From Candidatus Latescibacterota bacterium (lineage in GTDB: Bacteria; Latescibacterota; UBA2968; GCA-2709665): DNA of 64,000 bases. The notes beneath the pieces were generated by a model that saw only the letters and a program-made list of their open reading frames with translations, was not told the origin of the DNA and searched no databases. The stretch spans positions 160,001-224,000 of the forward strand of contig CAXXJS010000061.1 of NCBI GenBank assembly GCA_963662665.2, given 5' to 3'. Position 1 is the stretch's first letter, and each line of letters begins with the position of its first letter. Shown piece by piece: positions 20,534 through 30,216 of this stretch. A program made the position numbers and the translations under genes.

Positions 20534-20929
20534 TTACACATCCGCGAGGTTCAGTTTCTCCCGCAGAGTACGCCGAACACGCCGCATCACCCGTACCGCT
20601 TCTTTTGACTCGTCAACAGTAGCATTATCTCCTGGATAGCGAAATTCAACGGCAAACGGGTAGAGAAAATCGAGATCAAGTCGCAACTCCTCGAGATCGG
20701 AACCTATATCCACCGCGAAATCCAATAGTGCCAGAAGATCGTGAGTCTTCGGAAAATGAACGCGATGAAAAACCAGAAAGGCTTTGAGGTACTTTTCAAC
20801 ACACTGGTGCGCGCAGAAACACACATTGTCGGGAACAGGCTCTCTGCGTTTCCGAACCATCGTTGTGGCCGTGCGAAAGTCTTCTTCCGCTTTGTAGACC
20901 CACGCTTGTATATCACCCGGCCGATTCGT
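20534..20929 (-). CDS. HEPN toxin whose expected start codon is ACG
   Basis: WVYKAEEDF, AHQCVEKYLKA, KTHDL, EFRYPG; ACG at the position overlapping the MNT 3' end. Confidence 0.8.
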   Translation of the reverse strand, partial: TNRPGDIQAWVYKAEEDFRTATTMVRKRREPVPDNVCFCAHQCVEKYLKAFLVFHRVHFPKTHDLLALLDFAVDIGSDLEELRLDLDFLYPFAVEFRYPGDNATVDESKEAVRVMRRVRRTLREKLNLADV

Positions 20930-21251
20930 AGAGGGTACGTCCAAGTTTGAAAATTCCCTCAAGAAATGGATCAAAGTTTCGCAGGCGGGTTCGAATCTCT
21001 TCCGGTGTACGCACGACAATATCCATCGCAACATATTTGGGACGACAGATGCGGGCAACCGCGGAACTCCTCGCTGCCGGACGCATTTCTGTATCCATTA
21101 TAACAAGCAGATCCAGGTCGCTGTCGTATCTCGGCGCACCATATGCATGGGAGCCAAAGAGAATGATTTTATCTGGACTGAAGTGATCGACGATTTTTCT
21201 CGCGATCTCATCCAATAGTGGTTCCGTTATTTGTGGAGCCTTCCCATTCAT
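20913..21251 (-). CDS. MNT minimal nucleotidyltransferase antitoxin
   Basis: IILFGSHAYG..DSDLDLLVI. Confidence 0.9.
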   Translation of the reverse strand: MNGKAPQITEPLLDEIARKIVDHFSPDKIILFGSHAYGAPRYDSDLDLLVIMDTEMRPAARSSAVARICRPKYVAMDIVVRTPEEIRTRLRNFDPFLEGIFKLGRTLYESAG

Positions 21252-21433
21252 ATGAAATCCAATAGAGAGTTGTCACAAACCCTGGTGCAAGATACACAAT
21301 GTCTGGGCCAATCACAATCCACACATTGAATTGGCGCGATCAGCGACCTATCATCTGGAACATAGGGGCGAATTCCACCGTGATCGATTGGCGTTCAGAT
21401 GGCCGGCTTGCTGGTATGGCGCGAAAGTTCAGG

Positions 21434-22144
21434 TCACTGGCGCCGGGGTACGTTGCCGTCGTAGGGTCGTTCGCCGCGCACCAGCATCCGGTGGGGATTC
21501 TCCAGGTCGGCGATTTCGTCCACGCTGTGGTAGCCCATGGTCATGCTCATCCGGGTGCCGTCCGTCCTGTTCTGCCCAACGCCGTGCATGATCATGCTGT
21601 CGATGACGAGCATGCCGCCTTCGGGCATGGGCACCGGCACCGCCTGCTCGAGGAGTTGTCTTGTCACAGATTCGTCGTAGAGGCGGCCTTTTACGCCCGG
21701 GAAATGGTGGGATCCCGGCACAACCTGGGTGCATCCGTTTTCCACGGTTGTTTCCTCCAGGTAGAAGATCACCGTGAAGATGGTCCGCGACCACTGCCTG
21801 ACGTCGCGGTGCAATCCCTCCGGCCGGTGCTCCGAGGCCCGGCGGAGCGTGGCGTGGTTGTGACGGTTCTTGATGAGTTCTATGTTGGGGCCCAAAAGGG
21901 ATTCCAGGGAATCCAGGACCAGGGGGCATGTGGCGGTTCCGAGGAAAACGGGTTCTCTGTCCACGACGCCGGAGAGGCGTATAATCCGTCCTTCGGCGTC
22001 GCGTACGACCGGTTCCACCTCTTCCCGGATGTTCCTCCAGATCGCCTCTTTGAGCTTTTCAACAAGCTCCTCCGGAAGCCGGTTCTCTAACTTGTGGAAG
22101 CCGTTGTGGCGAAAAAGGTGGACCTGTTCCGATGTGAGTGACAT
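21434..22144 (-). CDS. PhyH family dioxygenase
   Basis: FRHNGF, LHRD, NGCTQVVPGSH, MHG. Confidence 0.88.
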   Translation of the reverse strand: MSLTSEQVHLFRHNGFHKLENRLPEELVEKLKEAIWRNIREEVEPVVRDAEGRIIRLSGVVDREPVFLGTATCPLVLDSLESLLGPNIELIKNRHNHATLRRASEHRPEGLHRDVRQWSRTIFTVIFYLEETTVENGCTQVVPGSHHFPGVKGRLYDESVTRQLLEQAVPVPMPEGGMLVIDSMIMHGVGQNRTDGTRMSMTMGYHSVDEIADLENPHRMLVRGERPYDGNVPRRQ

Positions 22145-22177
22145 AAAGAATAGCCCGATCGGCACAATTTAAAGGAA

Positions 22178-22387
22178 GCTGTCAGCGATCAGCTGTCAGC
22201 CAGGAGCGAAAACCGAAATCCAAACCCGCCTCTCCCCTCGGCCCGCAGACCTCTCCCCCCAGCCCCATCAGAACCTATCCCGCCTGCCTGGCGGCAGGCA
22301 CCCTTTCCTGAAGGAAAGGGAAAAGCGGGTCACGAAATAGGATCCCGGTTCCCCCTTCCTTCAGGAAGGGGGTAAGGGGGTAGGTCC
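22178..22387. repeat. Cluster of 7-nt periodic GCTGTCA and REP-like repeats
   Basis: GCTGTCAGCGATCAGCTGTCAGC (related at ~978, 2357, 5295, 12224, 12540) plus CCCTTCCTTCAGGAAGGG hairpins. Confidence 0.7.
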
Positions 22388-22561
22388 TGCCCCGCGCCGA
22401 GCGGCGTTCTTCTCTTAAAGGCGGGAAGACGTGAGACGATAGAAATGAGAGGACCACACCGCAGCACTGCATGGATTTGACGCTCCGCCTCGCAATCCAC
22501 ATCGCGTCGTACATATCGAGCGCCCGTTAGCGGACGAGTTATACGGAACGGTTCTCAGCAC

Positions 22562-22620
22562 TTCATCCTTTTTCCTTCATCCTTCTTCTTTCTTCCTTCC
22601 TCCTTCTTCCATCTTCCTTC
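22562..22620. repeat. Pyrimidine-rich ~7-nt periodic tract
   Basis: TTCATCC/TTCTTCC-like units in tandem just downstream of the sulfite oxidase stop. Confidence 0.65.
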
Positions 22621-23921
22621 TATCCGCGATTGACCGTCACCGCCACCCGGTGCATCGAGTTGTTCAGATAGCCGCGCGGGTTCCACGCGATCCCGTGCGG
22701 CTGTCTCACGCCGTGCGAGTCCGTGGCCCTGGCCCAGACCTCGTAATATCCCGCCTGTGGAAATGAGACCCTGGCGCGCCAGTTCTGCCATGCGTACGTA
22801 TTTACCGGTTCATCCAGCGTCGCCTCCATCCATGATGCCCCAAAGTCGATCGAGAGATGCACGGCGTCCACCTTCCGTTCGCCGGCCCAAGCGTGCCCGC
22901 GGACCTCCAGTGATCGGTCGCCCGTCCTGTGTCCGTTGGCCGGATTCGTGATCAGGGACTTTACCGGCATGCCGTGTATGATGTCGAAGTCTTTCTCGTC
23001 CACTTTCTCGCCGCGGGCGATCGGACGATTGGGGACGCGATAGGATGTCCCGGTCATCTTCGGACCGTCGTGCACGCGGTCTCTCAACCAGATGCGGGTC
23101 AGCCACTTCTGCGAGCAGGATCCCGGCCATCCCGGCACGATCAGCCGCAGCGGCGCGCCGTTCATGGGATGGATGGGCTTGCCGTTCTGGGCGAAGGCGA
23201 TGAGATTGTGTTCGTCCATGGCCTTCGCGATCGGTACGCCACGGGAGAGGGGCAACCTGCCGGGCTCCCCGGAGAGATGGGAGTCGGCGCCCTCGTGTGC
23301 GGTGTAGACGACGTTCGTCCTGACGCCAGCGGCCTTGAGGACGTCAGCCAGACGTACGCCCGTCCATTCAGAGCAGCCAACGGCGCCGTAGGTCCACTGG
23401 TCTCCCCTCGCGGGCGGGTCGAAAAACGCGCGGCCGTTGCCGCCGCACTCCAGCACAAGGGCGCGGGTGACCACCTTGAACCCTTTGTCGATATCGTCGA
23501 TGCCCAGCGTCATCGGACGGTCGACAAGGCCGTCAATGGTCAGCTTCCACGCAGCCGCATTCGTGTTCTCCGGCGGAATTCCGTTATTCCGGATGAAATG
23601 CCTTTCCGTCGGCGTAATGGCGTCGTCCAGCAGATGGGGCGGCGTTTCCGCGTTTACAGGACGTTCATTGATCACGACAATCCCGTCTTTGCCGTGAATG
23701 ACCCGCTCCGCGGCGAGTACTGAAGGAATGAAATGCGCGGGCATGCTGCGGTGGAACGGGATGGTGGAACCGACCATGGCCCCCATTACCGCCAATCCCG
23801 CCCTTTTCAGAAATCCCCGCCTGTCGGAAAAGGTCTCGCGGCCGAAGAGGAGCCGGTCGGCCTCGTCCGGATCACGCCTGTAGAGTTCGAACAATTCCGG
23901 ATAATCGGTATCTTTTTTCAT
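22620..23921 (-). CDS. Tat-exported molybdopterin sulfite oxidase (SorA/SoxC-like)
   Basis: Tat motif DRRGFLK, FIRNNG, LECGGNGR, GAPLRLIVPGW, KWL. Confidence 0.9.
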   Translation of the reverse strand: MKKDTDYPELFELYRRDPDEADRLLFGRETFSDRRGFLKRAGLAVMGAMVGSTIPFHRSMPAHFIPSVLAAERVIHGKDGIVVINERPVNAETPPHLLDDAITPTERHFIRNNGIPPENTNAAAWKLTIDGLVDRPMTLGIDDIDKGFKVVTRALVLECGGNGRAFFDPPARGDQWTYGAVGCSEWTGVRLADVLKAAGVRTNVVYTAHEGADSHLSGEPGRLPLSRGVPIAKAMDEHNLIAFAQNGKPIHPMNGAPLRLIVPGWPGSCSQKWLTRIWLRDRVHDGPKMTGTSYRVPNRPIARGEKVDEKDFDIIHGMPVKSLITNPANGHRTGDRSLEVRGHAWAGERKVDAVHLSIDFGASWMEATLDEPVNTYAWQNWRARVSFPQAGYYEVWARATDSHGVRQPHGIAWNPRGYLNNSMHRVAVTVNRG

Positions 23922-24008
23922 CGTCTGTCCTTGTTCCCGTTTCCACTGCGCAAACCAACGCACGCTATCGGGTCGCCGGTGCGTGTTTGGAGTTCCGGAT
24001 GGTCCGAT

Positions 24009-24905
24009 TCAATTACCAAATAACCGCCTGGCATTGAGCGTCAGTGTCCAGAGACGGGCGCCGGAAAACGAGTTGTGACTGGGGAAATCGGGGTCGATAC
24101 TGTGCATCGGATGAATCTCGTACTCCCCCCGGACGTCCATGCCGCCTGTCATGGAATATGTCAGCTTCAATCCCAGCATCGTCTTGTCGCTGACCGGATA
24201 TTCCGCGCCCGCGTGCAAGCTGCCCACCAGAACCACGCCGGCGAGGTCACCTTCCTGACGGCCGTTGTAGAACGATAGCGGCGGATCGTATACCTGGCCG
24301 CTGCCGGCCGTTTCCTTGTGGTCGTCGGAATAGTGCGTGCCGGTCATGGCAACGTGCGCCGCGCCCAGCCCGCCGCCGACGTAGGGTGAAATGCCGCGCT
24401 GGCGACCTGGAAGATCGAAAAAGACATTGAGAGAAAGCGAGCGTACCACAAGATCGTCGATCGAAGACCGGGTATTGGATTCGACAGTGCCGCCTGCTCG
24501 GTCCTCCATGGCCACACCCTCGAGATTGGTGACGCTGCGGAAGATCTGGTTGACGCCGTTCATTTTCTGTGTGATAGACAACTCAAGCCGTCGGCGACCG
24601 GACACGCGTCCTAAGGAGACCCCGAACGTGTTGCCGCGGGAGGGCTCGACATTGTAACGCCAGCGGTACCCGGGAATTTTCGGAATGGGATCCAGATCGA
24701 AGCAGGCGTCCGTCGGATAGCAGAATGTGTCCCGATTCCAGCCCTCCTGATCGATGTCGGTCGCTCGATTCAATCCCAGTGTCACGCCGCCGTACCACCC
24801 GGAGCGCGGGAGTTCGGACGGCGCCGGTTGCGGCCATGCGATGGAATTCTGGCAGATCGAATGCAATGCAAAGAACAAGGATAAGAGGAACAGCGCAAAT
24901 CGCAT
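24009..24905 (-). CDS. Outer-membrane beta-barrel protein (opacity/OmpA-like)
   Basis: Signal peptide, GWYGG, SPYVGGGLG and a C-terminal beta strand. Confidence 0.75.
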   Translation of the reverse strand: MRFALFLLSLFFALHSICQNSIAWPQPAPSELPRSGWYGGVTLGLNRATDIDQEGWNRDTFCYPTDACFDLDPIPKIPGYRWRYNVEPSRGNTFGVSLGRVSGRRRLELSITQKMNGVNQIFRSVTNLEGVAMEDRAGGTVESNTRSSIDDLVVRSLSLNVFFDLPGRQRGISPYVGGGLGAAHVAMTGTHYSDDHKETAGSGQVYDPPLSFYNGRQEGDLAGVVLVGSLHAGAEYPVSDKTMLGLKLTYSMTGGMDVRGEYEIHPMHSIDPDFPSHNSFSGARLWTLTLNARRLFGN

Positions 24906-25074
24906 TGGAAAAATCCCTTTGAGACCTTGCCGTGCCGGCGGCGCTCTACCGCGAAGCGCGGGAAGTGGCAGCTTCCCTTCAGATGGCCCTCCAAATATCC
25001 TGGCGCGGCTTCGCTGTACTCAGCCGCACACCAAACAGGTGGCGATCATCGGGCGAGCCCGTTTGAAGGTTCAA

Positions 25075-25180
25075 TCACTCCCCCCTTGAGGCGGAGTCGC
25101 AGAAGCCGAGCCGATCCCTGAGCATGCGTTGCCCTGAGCCTGTCGAAGGGTCGAAGGGCCGGCGACGGTGGTGGGGGGAT
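25075..25180. repeat. REP-like repeat
   Basis: CACTCCCCCCTTGAGGCGGAGT hairpin with nested CCCTGAGCCTGTCGAAGGG motifs. Confidence 0.6.
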
Positions 25181-25298
25181 TTCAACGCCTTACCGTATGC
25201 AAGCAGCATGATAAACCCCAATTCGAAAAAATACAGCAACTCGGCAACGAGACGAAAAGCCCTGAAACGGGGAGTAACGGTCGTCAAAAAGGACATTC

Positions 25299-25412
25299 TT
25301 TCAGTTCACGTCCAGTAACCTGGTGTATCCTGGTAATCAGAAGTTAAATCGCCTTTATCTACTTGCATTTATTCGGTTTTACTTCCCCGAAGAATTTCGA
25401 ATCAAGGTTAAA
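25299..25412. repeat. Dispersed element: 42-bp head plus one 64-bp unit
   Basis: Close match to 15186-15227 and 15293-15356. Confidence 0.85.
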
Positions 25413-25643
25413 CATGCACGCACCTTGCGTAGAAGTCTTGCTGTAAGAATCTAATACGAATCCAACAATGTCAAGTCTGTTTTACGAGTGAATGCGTCAC
25501 GCCGGGTTTGCAATGGGCCTCCGCGGCTCCTGACGATCCCGTTTGCCACCGAACGGCGCACGCGATAACTTGAAGGGGTCGCGCGAACCAAACGCGGATC
25601 GCAGAGAGACTCAAACACACAGCATCACCAGGGAGGATTTCCC

Positions 25644-27311
25644 ATGTTGACCTATGAATCCCTGCTGCCGCTCCTGGATGCCCGGGTGGCGTCCATCCTT
25701 TCCACGCAGGTCCTGGACCGCTCGCAGACTGACTTCGGCGGATTTGTGAGCGAAGGCGTAGCGGGTGGGACCGGAGTGGGGCAGGTCGTTGCTCTGGGCT
25801 ATGCATATCTCCTTGAAGGATCTGCTCACTTTCGGAGTGCCGAAGTTCTCGAGCGAATCCTCCTCGGTGCGGAGTTTGGCCGGAGGATCCGGCGGGAGTC
25901 CGGGCTGTTCGATCTGGTGGCGACCAACTTCGATTCGGCGCCGGATACCGGCTTTCTGGTGCAACTGATGTCGCCGGTGGTGGTGGCGGCGCGGGAGGCT
26001 GCACACGATGAAGGCGCCGCGGAGATCGCTGAGGCGCTTGGGGAATTGATTCGAACGGCCACGCCCGGGATGGCCGAGGGCGGTTTCCATACGCCCAACC
26101 ACCGGTGGGTGCTGGTTTCGGCGCTTGCGCAGGCGCGGGTGTTGTTTCCGGACCTGGATGTCATGGATACGATCGAGGCTTATCTGGCGGAGACCATCGA
26201 CATCAATGCGGATGGAGAGTATACCGAACGGAGTACGGGGGTCTACAACGCGGTCTGCAACCGTTCCCTCAGGATCGCCGCGGAGGCGTTGGACCGTCCG
26301 GAGTTACTGGTTCCCGTACGGAAGAACCTGGACCTTTCGTACCATCTTCTGCATGCAGATGGAACGGTGATTACGAGTGTGTCCCGAAGGCAGGACCGTG
26401 GAGAGCGGACGGTCCCGGTCGGCCTGGCGGACACCTGCTATGCACTGGCCCGGATGGAGAACAACGGGTTTTATGCGGCGGTCGCGGACTGGCTGTTCGA
26501 TCTGAAGCCGGGCGGGCTGCCCTGGACGCTGCATCCATTCCTCGAACACCCGGAATGGCGGGAAGATACCCTGAAACGCGAGGCGTTGCCGGAGAACTAT
26601 TCGAAGGTTTATCCGGTTTCGGGCCTGTGGCGCGTGCGACGCGGAAGGATGAGCGGGACCGCGGCGTCCGGCATTACCGCGGCGTTCAGCCTGAAGTTTG
26701 GAGAAGCGGAGCTGACGGCGGTGACGATATGCGCAAGTTACTACGGCACAGGGCAGTTCGTGGGCGAGAATTTTCGCCGGGTGGATGGCGGGATCCGGAT
26801 CACGCATCCCGGTAGGGGGTGGCACTACGACAGTCCCGGATATTTCCATCCTCTGGGCGAACCCGTGGCGCAGGAACAGTGGGAGGAGGCCCGCTGGAAA
26901 CGAAGATTCACGCCAGTACCGCCTCTCGCGATGGATCTGACGGCCAGTGAAGTCGAGGGCGGGTTCGACCTTCGGGTTCAGGCGGGGGGGCTGGACAGGG
27001 TGCCGCTTCAGATCGCGTGCGATTTCGCCCCCGGTGGGGAACTCGATCTCAACAGCGGCGCGATACAGGGCATTGCGGGTCAGACCGTGTTTCTGAAGTC
27101 CGGTGATGCGATCTACCACGTTGGAGACGACGCGATCTGTATAGGCCCGGGCGCATACGCGCACAGGACGTGGAATATGCGCTGGAGCGAACAGGCGCCG
27201 GACGGGTTCCGGGTTCTGATTTCGCTGGTGTCGCCCGTGGATCGGACAATGGAGGTCCGATGCGGCGCGTGGTCTGCGGCGACTGAAGGAATACTGAAGA
27301 GCGAAGCCTGA
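25644..27311 (+). CDS. Conserved hypothetical protein (possible heparinase II/III-like fold)
   Basis: Strong RBS GGAGG; GGFHTPNHRW and DGEYTERSTGVYN motifs. Confidence 0.6.
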   Translation: MLTYESLLPLLDARVASILSTQVLDRSQTDFGGFVSEGVAGGTGVGQVVALGYAYLLEGSAHFRSAEVLERILLGAEFGRRIRRESGLFDLVATNFDSAPDTGFLVQLMSPVVVAAREAAHDEGAAEIAEALGELIRTATPGMAEGGFHTPNHRWVLVSALAQARVLFPDLDVMDTIEAYLAETIDINADGEYTERSTGVYNAVCNRSLRIAAEALDRPELLVPVRKNLDLSYHLLHADGTVITSVSRRQDRGERTVPVGLADTCYALARMENNGFYAAVADWLFDLKPGGLPWTLHPFLEHPEWREDTLKREALPENYSKVYPVSGLWRVRRGRMSGTAASGITAAFSLKFGEAELTAVTICASYYGTGQFVGENFRRVDGGIRITHPGRGWHYDSPGYFHPLGEPVAQEQWEEARWKRRFTPVPPLAMDLTASEVEGGFDLRVQAGGLDRVPLQIACDFAPGGELDLNSGAIQGIAGQTVFLKSGDAIYHVGDDAICIGPGAYAHRTWNMRWSEQAPDGFRVLISLVSPVDRTMEVRCGAWSAATEGILKSEA

Positions 27312-27318
27312 ACGCGGG

Positions 27319-28794
27319 TCATGGCCGTTGGCATGGCAACTGTGAAAAATCGAACCGGTTGCATCCGTCCGGAGGGACAAAGGGGGCCACGGGATGCGGC
27401 GCGGGTCCGTTTCCGGATCGCCGGATCAGGTCACGCCCCCGGTTCTGTTTTTCGGCGTCTTCGAGCATGCGCTTGGCGGACCACCGTGCGTGTATTCTGT
27501 TCTGGAGATCCGCGGCGATTCCCTTGCAGTCCGGGTCCTGCGCCCGGTCGCATATTTCGCCCGGGTCCTCGTCCATATTGAAGAGTTGGCAGGACTGGAA
27601 TTCGTGATAATAGTTCAGCTTCCAGGGGCCGCGCCGGACCATGCAGGCGGGTTGATCGCCGAGCAGCCCGATGTATTCTGAAAAAACTTCACCGGGCCAG
27701 TCCGGAATCGAGGCGTCGCCACAAAGAAAACCGGCGAAGCTTCGCCCGGAAACATCAGGCAGCGGCGGGGCGCCGGCGAGTTCCAGGAGCGTAGGGCCGA
27801 CGTCGATGAGACTGCCAACCGCGTTGTTGGAGCCGCGTTGAACTTGCCCAGGGCAGGAAACGATAAGGGGTATGCGGGCCGAGCCGTCGTAGAGACTACT
27901 CTTCCACCACATGCCGTGCTCGCAGGCCATATCCCCGTGGTCGGAGCAGTAGATGATGATTGTACTTTCTGCTGCCTGGGACGACCTGACCGCGTTCACG
28001 ATTCTACCAACGTTCCTGTCGAGTTCCGTGACCAGGCCGTAATAGGCGGCCAGTCCCCGCCGGTTCTGCTCCGGCGTCAGTTCATCCACGCCCCTTCGCT
28101 CACGCCATCGTCTCATCGCCGGATGGAGGGATTCCAGATAGGCGGGGGATACGGGCTCCGGGGCAGGGATTTCCTCCATGTAGCGGTCGAACAGGGGTCT
28201 GGAACAGATGAGGGGGTTGTGGGGCAGTATCAGGCCGACGACCAGGCAGTGGGGGCGACCGTCCCCGGTCCATGTCGAGATGTCATTGCACGCGGCTTCC
28301 GTGACGCTGTCGTCGAACGCCTGGTACCCCGTGCTGCCGTATCCGGCGACCTCCACAGCGTATTTCGACTGCCCGGTCGTACGGTTGTTTCCCGATCCCC
28401 GGATTTCCGAAGTAAGCGTCCCGCCGCAGTCGGCGTGGATGCGTTTCTGGAATCCGTGTAGCTGGTCCTGACCCACAAAGTGCATCCTGCCGCAGAGGAC
28501 GGTCTCGTAGCCCGCCGCGCCCAGACCGTGAGCAAACGTGGGGGTTTGCGACGTGAGTGTCCCGCTGTTGTCGAATCCGCCAACTTCGCTGGGGTAAGCG
28601 CCGGCCATAAAGCCCATACGGGACGGGGCGCACAACGGATAGGGACAATAGACGTTCGTGAAGCGGGCGCCATCCCGGGCCAGCGCGTCCAGGTTGGGGG
28701 TCTGAACGATCGGGTTGCCGGCGCAGCCCATCACGTTCGCGTTGTGCTGGTCGGACATGACAAGCACGAAATTCGGCTGGTCGCCAGTCGTCAT
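27319..28794 (-). CDS. Sulfatase (choline-sulfatase-like)
   Basis: PNFVLVMSDQH, CAPSR, GRMH, SDHG. Confidence 0.9.
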   Translation of the reverse strand: MTTGDQPNFVLVMSDQHNANVMGCAGNPIVQTPNLDALARDGARFTNVYCPYPLCAPSRMGFMAGAYPSEVGGFDNSGTLTSQTPTFAHGLGAAGYETVLCGRMHFVGQDQLHGFQKRIHADCGGTLTSEIRGSGNNRTTGQSKYAVEVAGYGSTGYQAFDDSVTEAACNDISTWTGDGRPHCLVVGLILPHNPLICSRPLFDRYMEEIPAPEPVSPAYLESLHPAMRRWRERRGVDELTPEQNRRGLAAYYGLVTELDRNVGRIVNAVRSSQAAESTIIIYCSDHGDMACEHGMWWKSSLYDGSARIPLIVSCPGQVQRGSNNAVGSLIDVGPTLLELAGAPPLPDVSGRSFAGFLCGDASIPDWPGEVFSEYIGLLGDQPACMVRRGPWKLNYYHEFQSCQLFNMDEDPGEICDRAQDPDCKGIAADLQNRIHARWSAKRMLEDAEKQNRGRDLIRRSGNGPAPHPVAPFVPPDGCNRFDFSQLPCQRP

Positions 28795-28847
28795 TGGCAT
28801 ATCCCGCTTGAGCCTTCCCGTGGTTTCTCTCCCGGCCCTGCCTCGCA

Positions 28848-30002
28848 CTACGGATCCGACACGGATTTCCCACGGTTCCAGCCGGCTTTGTCTTCCTTCA
28901 TTTCTTCATTCAGCAGGACGGTACGCGAGGTGGTCTGCGTGCGTGCGTCGTGCAGCCATCGTCCCCGGTTGTCTCTCCGAACCGGCAGGCGCTGGTCCAC
29001 CGCCGGCGGCTGGTTGACGGCGCGGGGACGGTCGCCGTACCAGTAGGCCACGCTACTCATCTCGTTGCACAGATGGTTTCCGTGGCCGTGCTCGATGGTC
29101 ACCCTGATTTCCCGTTCGAAGCGCACGGGGTTTTCCAGGTGGTGCACGTAGCTGGTCTGGTAGCCGTCGGTATCGCCCTCGTAGATTGAGGAGCCGTTGC
29201 GCAGGAAGGCATTGGGCTGCATGCCCCAGGCCTGGTTCAGATAGTCCTCGCTGCCGGTGCCATGCAGATCCGGCGGCCACCGGTACCCATCCACCCAGAT
29301 CATATCGTCGCCCTCGCCCCACCATGTCCCCTGGAAATTGGTGACGCTGAGATTGCAGCCGATATAGTGGCCGCGCCCCTTTGCGTCCACAATCAGGTAG
29401 TTATTTTCCCATGCCTCGCGACCCGTATTGACGATATCCGCTTCGGGCGTGTTAACCCGGATTTCGTGTCCCCAGCCGCCGAAGGGGTTTTCGCGACGGA
29501 ATTCAGCGTGGAAATACCCGGTATCGGCCGGCACGCCATCTGGCCAGGTCTCCCAATCCACGTAGAAATATTGCCGGTGAGGCTCGTCGCTTTCGTTCAC
29601 CAGTTCAACCAGAGCCCTCTCGCGGAAGGGCATGGGGACGTACGCGTTGAGAGCGCAGCCGGTTTCGAACTGGTTGTTGCCGTTGGTCGACGCGGTGAAC
29701 AGTAGCGACTGGTACGAGTTGACAATGCCGTGGCCCAGTCCGAAGAAATCGCCAAGTGGACACAGTACGCTGGGTTCTTCCGCATCGTCGTAGGTGATTT
29801 TCAGCAGGCACTCACGGTAGTGATTGCGCTGGGTAAACCAGAGATGGGTGATGCATGCCGGGCCTTCGATGTCCGCCAGGACCCGTGTCTCACCGGGTTC
29901 CAGGGTCCACGCGTCGCTGTTTCGCCCGGTCGTATCCCATGAAGAATGGCGGCCGGTGCGGTTCGACTGGATGCGGGCAAGTCTGCCCGGTAAATCGTAC
30001 AT
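28848..30002 (-). CDS. DUF2961 / GH172-like protein
   Basis: SSWDTTGRN.D, ITHLWFT, WWGEGD, GTGSEDY. Confidence 0.88.
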   Translation of the reverse strand: MYDLPGRLARIQSNRTGRHSSWDTTGRNSDAWTLEPGETRVLADIEGPACITHLWFTQRNHYRECLLKITYDDAEEPSVLCPLGDFFGLGHGIVNSYQSLLFTASTNGNNQFETGCALNAYVPMPFRERALVELVNESDEPHRQYFYVDWETWPDGVPADTGYFHAEFRRENPFGGWGHEIRVNTPEADIVNTGREAWENNYLIVDAKGRGHYIGCNLSVTNFQGTWWGEGDDMIWVDGYRWPPDLHGTGSEDYLNQAWGMQPNAFLRNGSSIYEGDTDGYQTSYVHHLENPVRFEREIRVTIEHGHGNHLCNEMSSVAYWYGDRPRAVNQPPAVDQRLPVRRDNRGRWLHDARTQTTSRTVLLNEEMKEDKAGWNRGKSVSDP

Positions 30003-30216
30003 GTCAGGCTCCTGAGTGGGGATAATCCAAAAACATCAGCAACAGGTATGCTGTAACAGGGCGTATAGCCGAAAGACAACGAAAAAAGTGCAGCGTCACG
30101 GCGTTACGACACAGGCCGTTTCGCACCGATACCTTCTGTGCCTTTTGTGCTTTTTGTGGCCAATTTGACGGTTATCTTTTTTCGAATTGGGGCTAAACGC
30201 CCGGCTGTTGTATTCC

